DNA of 63,891 nt, counting the filler, from Vezdaea acicularis (lineage: Eukaryota), in NCBI GenBank assembly GCA_026025075.1. It is 3 parts of 3 records of this genome, joined end to end, with 100 filler letters (N's around TTAATTAATTAA, not from the genome) between each part and the next. Parts side by side here need not be neighbours in the genome. Positions count along the whole stretch, not along the records: positions 21,864 to 43,072 come from JAPEUI010000191.1; 2 more parts are not named here. The stretch is one strand, 5' to 3'. Positions 24,637-37,702 of this stretch are shown one piece after another. The translations under genes and the position numbers were made by a program. The notes under the pieces are model-generated. The model saw only the letters and a program-made list of their open reading frames with translations, was not told the DNA's origin and did not search any database. Numbering within the stretch: the stretch's first letter is position 1; every line of letters starts with the position of its first letter.

Positions 24637-26379
24637 ATGGCGAGTCTCTCCGATGCTCGACAGGCTGCTCATGCAGAAGATTTGGGCAATGTGAACGCGC
24701 AGCGGCCGAGTTTGAAAGAGTACACAAAGATGCACTCGACATCGTCAAATGGCTGTGAGTGGCTTCATGAACTCGTATCTTCAGAAGCGGGCAAGATCAG
24801 CCCTAATTATCTGGTACGGGTGCATTACAAAGAGGCGATAGCGGCAGAAACTACCACCACCAGACACTTCGGGACTGGTTCACTGGCAAAGGACGATTTG
24901 CAACATTGTCTCGCCTCGAAATATGTACGTGCGGTGACACTGTGTCATCGAGACAGCTCACACGTAGATCCGGAAATCCTTGATCTCCTATGGAGCACTT
25001 TTGGCCTCGAGGTGTCATTTATGCGACATCACTTCGACTACAAGGAATTCAGACATGAGCCAGGCTGTCCGGAAGTATTTCGTAAGCACCTTGAAAAGGA
25101 TATCAGGAAGTCAGAAGACGATTGGACTTTTGGCGGCCGTTGGAACCCTATCCGGCTTCCGTCAGAAACTTACGCCTCCATACTCCGTTTGAGCGTGGCC
25201 TCGGAATGCTTGTCTGTCTGCTGCGGAAGTGGTGTTGGTAAGCCTAGCTTCTATTAGGTGGCTGGTGAGCGTGGAAGAAAATAACCGCAGAAAATAGTAA
25301 TTGCACTCATCCGGTCAAAAGCCGTTTATCAGGAACCCCAGTCGTCGTGGCACCAACGGCAAAAGGTTCAGAAACGCTGGCACCCTAGTGGCATCGACCT
25401 TTTTGCTGTTACCGCCAATGCGTCTTCGATAAGCCATACGCTCCACCTAGACTCTTCCGAAATTTTATACAGCATCGTACACTACTACACCCGTCTTTTG
25501 GTTCTCAGATGTTACGAAGACTATAACCTACGACACGACCCGGAGCCGATTCAACTGGAAGAGAGCGACAGAATTGCCTCCATATATCATCCACACATAT
25601 TAGCTATGCACTATCGGCGACTCGAATTGGTCAAATTCAAGCAAGCCTTGTTTGGATATCTCGGACCGCTTTCTCCTGAGCATAAGAGCTTAGATGTGGC
25701 CAGCGTTTCATATCGGCGGGATCTTCAAGGTCTCTTGACCGACGTTGAGATGCTCTTATCATTGTATGATGATACGATGAGAATATATAATTGGTACAAT
25801 CACGAATCTGATTCGCACTACAAGGATGAGCTGGCGTCAGAGCAACTAGATGAGGCCAGAGAGTCAAAGGCCACAGCCAAAAGCCTCGGAAAACTCTCCA
25901 ACTTGGCTTTCTTATACCTTCCGCTCAACTTTGTCTGCGCCATGCTGGGCATGAACCTATCGATCTTTGGACAAGGGCATGTCCCTTTGTGGGTATTTCT
26001 CGTCTTGGTGGTATTTTTTAGTATCCTGACATACTTCCCAATCTACCGATCTGCAATTGAGGAAGAAAGAGTTCGGCGCTGGAAGCTGGCGTACTACCTG
26101 ACATGGCGCTCGGTTCCTGCGGGATTCTGGTTTCTTGCGTTTTCTGAGACCCATAACTATCACCAGACCTTCGAGGTTATGAACTCTGGTCTTGCCCAAG
26201 TACTCTTGGGATATACTGGTCGCAGGACCAAATGCTGGGTAGATGGAAGGGATGATGAGCTCTTCGGGAGAGCCACCTGGGGCAGCGAAGCGTTTTGGAA
26301 GGAGAAGGTGAAGAAGATTTTCCGTGCTGTGGAAGAGTTAGAATATGATGACAGTGGAGCCATAGAACTCACCGTTTGA
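24637..26379 (+). CDS. Protein with a CorA-like C-terminal two-TM domain (GMN motif)
   Basis: Intron 25238-25297 (GTAAGC..TAG) joins two ORFs in frame. LSNLAFLYLPLNFVCAMLGMNL followed by a second TM helix. Confidence 0.75.
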
Positions 26380-27794
26380 TCTGACGGATTATGCCTTTTT
26401 CTTCGGTTGTTTTTGCTGAAATTTATACTAGGATAAGTGTTTACTTCTTTGATTAGGAAACGGACCACTATCGTTTTAAAAAAAGGGTCGAGGTAGCATT
26501 GGGGGAGTACCAAAGGAAGTGCTTGTAATGGCTGCCCACAACGGATAAGGTAGCACAAAAGAGCCTGAATTGGCTGCCTTCTACCGGCTATAGCTGTTCA
26601 AGATATATTAAACACGTTTGCCAAACCTATTGCCTATACTCAGCCTCCTGCTGCTGCGCGCAATTCTGGGTTTGAAGGAGTGCCTAGTGAAGGCTTCTGT
26701 TCCGGCATACTTTTATGCGTCTTAATTGAATTAAATTGGCTTAAACAAGTGATCATGGTGGATATTGCTCTGAGTTAGTAGGGATTGCAAGGATGAGAGT
26801 ACAGATTGCTAAACAATAGATCTACCAATAGCTTGATAAAAGGAAGCCAAAGCGAATCGGAAAATTTAAGGGGTAAAGAAAACAGGAATCATCTAATGGG
26901 CAGTTGGTAGAGCCATATACGGAACCATTGGATCAGCATCCTGCACGAACGCGACAGCCAGAAGCAAAGTAGGAAGTGGCTGAGGGGGAGCATAGGGGAG
27001 CAGAAAGATGAAACAGGCCTTATTGCACGAGCACAGATCGTCACGTGTTATTGAGTTGGAAGAATACTATATATATATACAGTTCTATGTCATAAGTCTT
27101 CGTCCGATTTCAAAATAAGCGCGAAAACGGCCCATCTATCCAAGGGATCCAACCGGCGAAACGCCTAGTATACCATCCATTCATCTGCTGCAATCGCACT
27201 GCGCGGAATATTTCATTGTGCTCTGGAAAGGGTGTCGAGAAAATACTTCCAAGATTTGGGCAAAATTGCCCCCTAGTACCTCTGACTTGTGGGTGGCAGG
27301 TTTGGGTTGCCATAGGAAAATTCCCGAAAATTGGACGGAGATTTATGATATGGCACTATATATATGCATGTACTCCATACTCCACAGGGCGCAGGGCGCA
27401 GGGCGCGCCAAGCGAGTGGATGGATGACGAGGGAGGGAACCCGGACATAGACGAAGAAGAGAGGGAAGGGAGAAGGGTATTAGGTAACGAACGTGGCATT
27501 ATCGACATAACGTCGGGTTTGGGGGGAGTGAGCTGCACTAAGCTATAGTAGTTGCGCCAAAAAAAATCTCGCCCGCAAGGGGGGATCCCGGGGAAAGGGG
27601 GGGAGGGGAGGGTATATATAACTGCTACCCCCCCAGAAAACGAGGGCGTGAATTATCAAATATACTAAAAGCCCTGCTGCTCCCCTTATAGCCAAACGTT
27701 AGGGATGCCAAAAAACGATGACATTCAGCAAAAGAACAAAAACGCAAGCAAATGGCAGCAAAAAAAGGAGCTAGCCAGCCAAGAAGCTCCATTC

Positions 27795-29675
27795 TTAGCA
27801 AACGACCTTGTACCACTTCTTCCAAACAGGCCAATTAGCCTGCTCGGCGCGCTCCTCCGCGAGCAGCGCCGCCAGGTTCAGCTCGCGCATGCCCGTGTGC
27901 AGATCCATCTTGTCGATGGTGATGAAGGGGGTGCGGTACCAGATCTTGTAGCCGAGGTACATGACGATGACGATAGGGGCGGCGAGGTAGGCCTCGAAGA
28001 AGTTCTGGGTGAGCTCCGAGGCGGACATGCTGGCGTAGCCGACAGGCGCGAAGCCCGTCCAGAACTGCGCGATGAGTACCAGGCAGTTGAAGATGAAGCC
28101 GCACCACGAGCCGATCACGCCGGGCTGCGACCGGAACGCGAGCTCGTCGAGCGTGTGGCCCTTGGCCTTCCAGCCCTTCCGGAAGCGGATGTGCGCGAGG
28201 CAGATGGATCCCCACGTGAAGATGGAGGAGAGGCCCGAGAGGGCCAGCATCCAGGAAAAGGCCACCTGCTGCTTCGACGAGGCGGCGATGAATGCAATGA
28301 AACCGAGGGCGGAGGCGAAAAGGATCGAGATCATGGGGCGGCCTTTGCGGTCGATGAAGGCGAAGAAGCGGGGCGCTTGGTGTTGCTCTGCCAGCGCGGC
28401 AAGCGTACGGGATGAGCCATAGATGGACGAGTTGCCGACTGAGAGGACTGCAATCATGATGACGACGTTCATGACCGAGTCGAGACCAGCAATTCCGGCG
28501 TTCTTGATGACGATGACAAAGGGCGAGGCCTTGGCGTCAGAGCTGGATTGGCCATTGACCAATCGCTCATCAGTGTAAGGAACGAGGAGCCCCACGAGGG
28601 TGAGAGAAACGATGTAGAAGAGAGTGATACGCCAGAAGACCTGCTTGACAGCGGTTGGGAGGGATTTCCGTGGATTGGCTGTCTCGGCGGCAGCTAGACC
28701 GACCAATTCCGTACCCGCGAACGCGAAGGCTGCCGTGACGAACACACTGCAGAGTCCCTTGAAGCCGTTATGGAACGCGCCCGGATCATGCCAGTATCGC
28801 CCACCAATGTATCCTCCTCGAGGTCCTCCGCCGCAGTTCAGAACAATCCCGAGGATGCTATGGTGATATCAGCACACGCGAGATTCAAAGAATTTCTTCA
28901 GCACCTACATAAAGCCGATAATAGCGACAACCTTGATGATTGCAAATACAAATTCGGCTTCACCATAACCCTTGACACCGAAGAAATTGATCGCGATGAT
29001 GACAACCAGGAAAATCGCAACCCAGGCTGCATTGGATATTTTCGAATTCCAGTAGTCGACCGTGATCGATGCCGCGACGATCTCGAGGGGCAAGACGACG
29101 AGCCATTGCAGGGCATAATTCCAGCCCATAGCGAAGCCCCATGCAGGGTCCAAGAACCGTGTCGAGTATGCAGAGAAGGACCCAGCGACGGGGAAGATGA
29201 CAGCTAGTTCACCCAGCGCGTGAACGGTGCAATACAGCATGACACCGATCAGGCCGAAAGCGATGAGCAACGACGCCGGGCCACCAGCCGCCAGCGCCTT
29301 GCCAGAACCTACGAAAAGACCAGTGCCTAGGAAAAAGATGTCAGTCCCCCTCATCTCAAATCAATGGAAACCGCGAGCTGATCGCATACCGATGGAGCCG
29401 CCGATGGCGATCATCTGCAAATGGCGACCTTTCAGCCTTCTCGACAAGGGCGAATTTGCTGTCGCTTGAATCGCCGCTTCAGCATCCCAGACTCGCTCTT
29501 TGCCATCTGGCCCGTACTCGATACCTGTCGCGCTTTGATTCGGGTCCCGCTTGAAGCTGGAGATGAAGCGCTGTCGCCAATTCTCCTGGTGCACCGTCGT
29601 CTCTCCACGATACGCAGCCGGCGGAGAGCCCGAGTCGGGCGACTGATTGCCCACGGCGATCTTCTCGTTGTCCAT
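27795..29675 (-). CDS. General amino acid permease (YAT family, GAP1-like)
   Basis: [24 protein letters not shown] and AFAFAGTELVGLAAAETANPRK motifs; two introns. Confidence 0.95.
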
Positions 29676-32600
29676 GATGGGGGATAAGTTTGGGGGGCGT
29701 GGTGGAGCCCAAAGTCACACGGTTGATGGCAATGGGGTCAGGACGACACGTCCGTGCGGGAGACAGGATCCACTTTCGTGAGTCCAAGTGAATCAACGAG
29801 AGACAGGTAGAGATGGATGCGAGCGGTCGTGGACGAGGCTCGTGCACCAGGCTGGAGGAACAGGATACAGTTGTAACGACGGATCAGCCGGGGAAGGGAG
29901 CGGGACGGTATAAGAAGGATTGTCGAGTCGCAGAGCAGAGCAGAGCAGCGGCGCCAGGCTGTGAGGAGTTGTCGAGCTCCCGCATCCGCATCCGCATCAC
30001 ACGCAGACCCAGCGGCGGAGTTCCTCCCCAATGCGCAACACCCCAGCGAGGCAAGCGTGACTTGACTTGGAGGCGAAGTTAGGGCGGCATGCTTAGCGTC
30101 CGGGCTAGCGACTGGCCCCACACCCTTGGACGCACTCCCCTCTCTACCGAATGCCGGATGAAGTCACCACGACGGGGGACCGTGAAGACGCTCGGCATTA
30201 ACGGATTATCACCAGGCCCGGGCATACGACGCAGCAGAACGACGAGACGCGCTGCGAGGAATAGGTACGAACGGGGAGCTTGGACCGCACCGAGCTCCGT
30301 ACGACGGTCGGTTTGCTGGAATTTTTGACAAACGCTATACGACGCACTGAACTGTCTCGAAACCGCAAGAGCACAACCGAGGAAACGACGATGATCGTCT
30401 CGTCCCCCGTCGTCGGCGTTGCACTTCCATACCTCATGGTGCTGCTTATCATCGCGCCAAGAGAAAGTCGCCGATAAACTCAAGGTTAATCATTCGACCA
30501 ATGGCAAATTGTTCCTTAGTAATTCGACGGAGGCAGATCGGCCTCCTTGGCGGCGGGTGAGTCGCAACAGCGGTGCTCGGCTCCGGCATCCCCTTGACGA
30601 GCACGTTCACCCCAGCACCAGATGGCACGCTTTGTCAGATCGCCGGCGATGGTCCGAGACACTTCCCTCCGAACGGAGAGAAAGATTAAGTTACGTAGAA
30701 GCTTCTTCTAGAACACCTCCGAGGGGTTTTAGTGTTGGGTCACACTGGTCGTTGTGGTGCTTGGCGTCGTCCTCGGTGTGGTGGAATTACCTAATGCTAT
30801 GCCACGACGCCCCTCGTAAGTTCAGACCTGTCGTCTCGACGAGCATGCTTCGGCCTGATCAGCTGTCAGCAAGGCCCGAGTGCCTCACGTGATGGTAAGC
30901 AGAGGGAGACGATCAACCAGCGTCGCGTACGAGGAGAGTTTGGGTCGCGGGCTCGCGCCTGCCCGCCGAAGAGAAGACGAGGCCGTCGCACCTTCCTATC
31001 ACTGTAAACAGAAGGGCCGATCATCCACGCTCAATCCTGCCGCGTCAACCATTATTGATCTCCCCCGGATGTGCGCGGTTTCGACGTAGAGGATGGCAAG
31101 TTGATAGCTGTCTGTTCTGACACTGCCTTTTACCAATGCCTTTTTCTCCATCTTCGGTGGGGGCGGAGGGGGCTGCTTGGCGCGTTCGTAGCTTCGTGCA
31201 GAGAAGCGGGTGGCGTGGTGACACACCCCTGCTCCCTGAAAGCCGCCGAGCCTTCTTTCATGGGTGACATGAACCGTCATCATGGCCTTTCGCCATGAAC
31301 TTTGTCGATCTGCGAAGAAGGCAAAGGCCCGACGACCCTCGTTGGTCGGGGGCCCTCCAAGAACAGCGAGCAAATGCTACGTAGCTTATCGCACACCATA
31401 CTCCAAGGGGAAGGCCGCTGGCAAGCTGTGCCGCCGCCTTAAGCCCACGAGTGTTCGTCCTGGCCGGATGGTGCAGCCGTGAGAAGCGCGCGAGAGGACA
31501 ACCGTTTGGCCGCTGATCTCTTTTTGTCATCGGGACGACTTGTGCGAATGCGGCGCGATCCCGCCGCCAGGTTCGGGGCAGTCTCATGCTTTCTGATAAG
31601 GCTCCTCGCCGCTTCTCATTCGCTACCGCCGGAATCTTTAAGCTGGTCGTGACAGAAAGTCGCAACGAGAAATATCGAGAACGGCAATTCCCGATCCCAA
31701 AGGAAGCGGATTGCATCACGCAGCCAACAGCCTCTCTCCAGGTTTGCGGTCCTGCACGACCGTCACCTCAACCTTCCAACGGCGCGGGCTCTCTGTATGC
31801 CTTGCCGAAATTGGACGTCGTCTCAGCCTCCTCGTAGCCTTCTTCGAGCAAAGCTTCGCACCGGAATTGGCGCTGCTTGCATTTATTGAAACGCCTGCTT
31901 TCGGGGGGGTTAAGCCTTTCGCGCACGAACGCTACGCCTTTTCGAGCCTCGCGGGTGCCCTGCTCCGCACCTCGCAAGGCATACCCGGGATGAGCGTTAC
32001 ACGTCTGAGTTCGAAAAGCGCATTTTCGCTCCGGGGATGACATTGAAATTCCCCGGCGATCGAGCTGCGATAGAATTGGCTTCATCGAAAGAGTATTTGA
32101 GCACACGTCGGGGCTGTGAGAAGTGCGTCGGTACGTGTACACGTGTAATTGATTCGCGAGGGTTCGGGAGAAAACAACTTCTCCTCATTTCCTTTTTGGC
32201 GCCACTTCCGTCAGCTAGGCAGCCTTTCCTTCTCGCCTTCTTTGCCGCTTTAGGCAATTGCTCGCGTTTCCGTTCCGATGGATAGAATTCTGTCTATGCC
32301 TGCCATCTCTATGGCAATCAAGCAGTGCACTTGATTGTTTTGTTGGAGTCTGCCCTCTGCCAAAATTTTCATACCGTCGGCTATGCGTTTCCTTTCCCCT
32401 TGAATTGATGATGAATTTGTTGGACATGCGACGAGTCTATCATCGCTCTCGATGCATTGACCCCTTTTGGTGAGGAGCACTTTTGAACGCAATAAATATG
32501 ATAAGAGAATCTTATCGTATGTTGATCACATATAATCGGTATGACAAACTTGAATAGCTATAGTACAAATACAAGACATCCCGGCTAGCAGCGTACAGAA

Positions 32601-32989
32601 GTTGGACTTTATGAGTGTAGAATCAAAGACCTTTGCGTCGTCAAGTAGCACAACCTTTTGCTTCCAAGTAGTTTCAGGCTTGTACAGTACAGTCAAACCC
32701 AGTTCAAGTCCAATGAGGAGCTTAGCAATATCCAACGCATCTTTCCTTCAATGTACCTCATCCACCGGCTGTAAGCATCCGAGTCATGGGCGATTGTTGG
32801 AAACAGGTCGAACGGGCAAAGGCGTCCACGCTGTCGTCGATATACTGAGATTGTCCAGGTGTCGTGAAAGAAGGAAGCAAAATTTTTGACGAAAGGTATC
32901 TGTGATCGTGCCGGTGAGCCAAATACATTCAAAGGCCGCGAAGGCATCGTCGTCTCTTCCATATGCCGGCCAAAGCCCCCCAAATGCGT

Positions 32990-33196
32990 CTAGATTGCAC
33001 GGTTGAAGACAAAGATTGCGAAGATGAGGGCGAGTGGGATATGAAACAAGGCCCCGGACAAGTTCGAGCCTGAAGCCGCTCCTTTCATCGCTACAGTAGA
33101 GGCGGTGGGAGGTGAGGAGATAACCGTTTCGCTGTCAGCTGCGGCGAGAGCGCATTGCAGGAAGATCAGGCCGAGGAAGTTGGTGAATGGATGCAT
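32990..33196 (-). CDS. Putative 68-aa secreted, GPI-anchored micro-protein
   Basis: Hydrophobic N-terminus ending ALA-A, Ser/Thr/Pro core, KGAASG spacer and hydrophobic C-terminus. A-rich context before the ATG and TATAAA about 150 nt upstream. Confidence 0.6.
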   Translation of the reverse strand: MHPFTNFLGLIFLQCALAAADSETVISSPPTASTVAMKGAASGSNLSGALFHIPLALIFAIFVFNRAI

Positions 33197-33512
33197 TTTT
33201 TTGGTTTCGGAAGATGTTCGTTTAGAGGAAAGCCGATGTTACTGGTAAAGATGAGAGTGTGTATGGTGTTCACGATTGAGCTTGGGAAGACACAGATGAT
33301 TGTTTGATGGATGGGGAGAACTCCATTGTCAAGACTGTCGAGTCTTTATAAATATTCTGGAGAGATGACGATAGATCCAAAAGCGTCTATCATAGCTATT
33401 TTTGAAGCAGACGCGGTATCAGCCAGCGCCATCAGCGCTTCTGCGATTGAGTTCTTCAACCGGTGGCCTGGCACAAGGCAAACTTGACGACAAATCATCG
33501 GCCTTCGATATC

Positions 33513-33738
33513 GAGGACCAACATCAAGCCCCAAAAACAGTGGAAGTGGAGAGCATAGAGATCGCAGTAACTACGGTGGTACGTAGCGGCAAAGCAGATG
33601 AAAGTGTCAACGCTCAGGTTGATATGTGAGAACCAACAACACGCCCTAAATATAGAAGAGGTAGAGTGCATGGAGATCACAGTAGCTACGATGGTGAGTA
33701 GCGATAAAGGAGATGAAAGTGTCAACCCTCAGGTTGAC
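33513..33738 (+). repeat. Diverged 115-nt tandem duplication, probably a decayed coding repeat
   Basis: Units start at 33513 and 33628 and share GATGAAAGTGTCAAC(G/C)CTCAGGTTGA. Confidence 0.85.
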
Positions 33739-34897
33739 GCCGAGCGTGCGAGGTTTCAGCAGCTTCGGGGGCCGAAAAGCACCGGGTGTGGCGCTTACGA
33801 GCGTGTGTCTTCTCTCCCTCTCAATCACCACCATCTTGACTTGCTTCTGAAGCCGAGGTATCTTAGGAGGCCATCCGTAATCTTGAAAAGGCCGTTTACA
33901 AGCCAGTGCACTGTATCCGTATTTTCATGCCACTATGGCTATCTCCAAGCTTGCTGCTGCTCTTGGCATGGCATAGTTGACAAAGGGTGTAATTGAAAAG
34001 TAATGGAGCGATTACATTGAACCCTTGGAGTGCGATGAGATCAAAGAAAAGACTCATAGACTGGGTAGTATGCCCCCGTGGCGTATTCAGTAGAAAAAGT
34101 AGAGACTGAACGATGCAAGCATGCCGGAGCCAGTGCTTGGGAGACCTTGTTCAGCTCACTCGTATGGGTCAGAGGATGTCCACGTCCGGATGCCTGGCGG
34201 CAGAAGTGGTCGACGAGTGAGGAGAAGGTGAGCCATAGAATGACCAGCTTTGGGGTCAAAACGGCCTCCAGATTTGCCGCCATTGCCCGCATTCGAATAA
34301 GCCCACTCACCTCCCTGTTCTCAAGGCTTGAGATTATGGATTGGCTATGGATTGATCGTTGAATGTTGGTGTTTGTTCGTTTCGGAAATGGCGCTTGGGT
34401 CCACCCGTCTCCGTTAAGCGCCGGAAGCACGTAGATGCCGTTTCGTAGGCGCTTTTTCCCCTGCTTTGGATGTCGGATCTGCTTTCCTGCCGCCGGCCGA
34501 TCTCTTTGACGCGCTGAGGTATCGTAAAGTCTCCATTTACGGTTCCTCTCATACTTCTTGCTGCCATTGGAGGACTTTCTTTTTGTCCAGCTTTTTTAGG
34601 CCCGAATTTGGCGCGGAGAGTGGAATCGCTGCTTCGAATCCTAGAGAGACTTTATGAATCACTGCCATTCGTCTCATCATACTGTCTGCTCCCAACTTGA
34701 GATGAGACCCGCAGATTTATTGAGTTTCACACCTCATGTCTTACGGTATAGTCGAAGCGGGCACCAGGTTCTTTAAAGGGCCATAACCCTCACCCACATT
34801 CGCTAAGCCGTACTAGCGCGGCTCCACGAAACCTCACCTAGCACGTAACCGCCAAAGAAACCTCACCTCTTCTCCTCCGTCAGCAACCACCGCAAAA

Positions 34898-35416
34898 ATG
34901 GCGAAAGAACGCACCGGTCTCGCCGTCGGTCTCAACCGTGGTCATGTAAGTGATGTCTTCGATCGACTGATCGATTTCACGCTTTTAGCTTGAGCACGCT
35001 CTGCTGGACAAATGAGAGCAGAGCTGATGAGAAAGTAGAAAACCACCCTCCGCGAACGTAAGCCGCGGGTCTCTCGCACCAAGGGCCATTTGAGCAAGAG
35101 AACTGCGTTTGTTAGGGAGATTGTCAAGGAAGTTAGCGGGTAAGTCAGATCACCGAAGTTCGACGGTCTCCATCCGCAGACGTCACCGCACTTTACAGCT
35201 CCCATCCGTGCACGATCTGCTCGACTAACCATCGCTATTTTCTCTCTCTCCAGACTTGCACCCTATGAAAGACGTGTCATTGAATTACTCCGCAACTCGA
35301 AGGATAAGCGTGCAAGGAAGTTGGCAAAGAAGAGGCTCGGAACATTTGGACGGGCGAAGAGAAAGGTCGACGAGCTACAGCGCGTGATTGCCGAGTCGAG
35401 GAGAGCGGGTCATTAA
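34898..35416 (+). CDS. RPL36: 60S ribosomal protein L36 (eL36)
   Basis: [88 protein letters not shown]; two introns. Confidence 0.97.
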
Positions 35417-35731
35417 ACGCTAGGTTGAAGTGGAGGCAGTTGGAGGGGGGCCATGATGCAGAAAATGGCAGTGGAAGATTGCCGCTACTCTGGGCTTTGC
35501 TACATGTATAGCTTATGCATGGTTTACGCGTCAATCGAAGTACCATGAAGCAGCATAAATGGAACATTTGCAATGGATTGTGATCACATGGAAACCTTAG
35601 GTTGACCATTAACTTCCATCTAGGGTATGACCATAGTTCAGCTAAGAATGCCACTGTGGGAAACGCCAACCACACCGGAACGCCCCTCGCAAAGCAGATT
35701 TTGAAGGTTATATCACTAGTTGCCGCACCTA

Positions 35732-37234
35732 TCACTTCTTCCCCGGCAATTTCAGCCATCGCGGGAGACCCTTCTTGTCGCCCTTTCCCTTCTCCTTTTC
35801 ATCCCCCTTTCCTGCCGGCACATCCGGCATCTCTGTCTCCACGCCCTGAAACGCCATCGGAATCGGGATCTGCTGAGCTTTATTGACATACTCCTCCTTG
35901 AGTAACTGCCCGCTTCTGGCCTCAAGGCTGGCGACTTCGTCCCACTGGAAGTTCATGAGCATCTTTCCCTTCAGACCGACATCTTTGATTAGTTTCTTGG
36001 TGGGGTGGTCTTGCGGGAGGTGTTGGATGCCTTTGTCGCCGCGCCACGTGAGTTCGAAGGGCTCGTGGGGAGAGATCAAGACGCTGCGGACGAAGTGGGC
36101 GAGTTCTGCTACGGTCTCTTCGTAGGTGAAGGTGCCGACTATGGTCGTCTGGTCGGGGAAGCGGATCTTGATCTCCACCTCCTTGATCTGGGATAATTTT
36201 TCCTTGAGGGCTTGCTCCTGCACTGCGATTTCTGCGTCTGAGGGAAGACGTCTGTTGTGGACGTTTTTGTTTAGACGAGCCTGGTGCGCTTTGGCTTGGG
36301 CGATGGAGGGTTCGAAGTCTTCGGGTGCGACGTTGTGACGTGCGGCTTGAGGTGTGGACGATGAAGGTGGGGCATAGACAGAGATTCGGCGGTGGGCTGG
36401 TCTTGTGGTAGTTTCATCAGAGGTTGCTGAAGCGGGAACCTGTCCATTTGCTGGCTGAGCGTCTTCTTCCAACAAAGATCCATTAAGATGGGTCTCTTCT
36501 TCATCCGCAGGCGTAGAAACTTGCGAGGTGGATGTTGTTGGAGCTTGTCCTCCAGCGTTACCACTCTCATCCTCTTTCGGCTGAATAGACTTGAAGTACT
36601 CATCAATTCTTGCCTTGGCTTCTTCCATGGGCGTCTCCGTTTTCAGAAACTTGAGCCTTATGAGCGTGCTCCCATGCTTTATACCCAAGCTTCCTAGCGT
36701 CTTCTGAAGATCGTCAAAAGTTACTAGATCCCTACCCATGATATGCATGACAGGCTGTTCGTAACATAACCTCCCCGAACCAACCTCTGCGTTGGGATAG
36801 CTCCGCCCGGTAAGGTTCCGCTTGGTGTCATTCACCTCAAACTTCCGAAGAATTTGCCATAGCGTTGTCGAGCTTAAGAAACGTTCGATATCTCGATTTC
36901 CGCCCTCTTCTTGCAAAGCAACAGAAACTGGAGATGGCGAGCGGGACTCTTGAACGAGCTCGAGCTTTGTGCCGCCGATCAACCCTGAGAGCCTGAATGG
37001 CTGTGAAAGATCGATGACCTTATTTCCGGATCTGACCTCTATTAGGTTTCGTCCTGCAAGGCATGGGGAAGCTGAGGACTTAGAAGCCAGTTCTTACTTG
37101 AGTGCATATTGATGAGAGTCCACATCAAACCGTTTGCATGCCTCTGAGAGGACATCACTAAGGTACGTATTGGGCTGGACCTTGATCTGAGCTCTGCGAG
37201 CCCTGGTGTCAATCACCACAACGTGCGCCGACAT
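35732..37234 (-). CDS. TUG/ASPL-like UBX domain protein (Cdc48 cofactor)
   Basis: N-terminal ubiquitin-like MSAHVVVID...IKVQPNTYLSDVLSEAC; IKIRFPD UBX motif; C-terminal PRWLKLPGKK; one intron. Confidence 0.85.
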
Positions 37235-37702
37235 ATTGGACGAACAACAGGACCGGTGGCGGGGTAGTGGGGAAGAGTAAGGGAAGAAATGGTAGAAGGA
37301 GGGGCCGGCTTAAATAAAACTGGGGATACTTGTTTGTACTTTCTCAGCTGCTTTTGAAAGGAAACCAAAGTATGAAGAATCACGACGTGCTGCGATTGCT
37401 AATGTTCTATCCGGAGAGCTCCGCATCCCTGGAGCTTGTGATGCCTGACAAGAAATCATGCGAGGCACCACTGGCCTACGCGTGCACGTCTTTGGGAGAG
37501 CTTGCGAAGCGAGAAAGTCGTGCAGATCTCGTTTCGCGACAAGCTTCATAAAGCCACAACGCCTCATGTAGCTTGCCGCATCTGTTTATCGAACGGCACA
37601 TCTGCTCTCTTGACTTCGAATAGTCTGCCTTGACGTTAGGAAACCTTCGGCCAAGACCTCCACCGAAGCCTGCCAATACTCTCCTCATTAATAGCTCTGA
37701 AG

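Noticed and set aside
29700..32950. Short ORFs upstream of the permease
   Set aside because: No recognisable products; consistent with a long regulatory intergenic region, with too few GATA motifs to call.
35024..35034. CTGATGA-GAAA hammerhead-like or C/D-box-like motif in the RPL36 intron
   Set aside because: No stem II between the cores, and box spacing does not fit a snoRNA; it coincides with the branch point.
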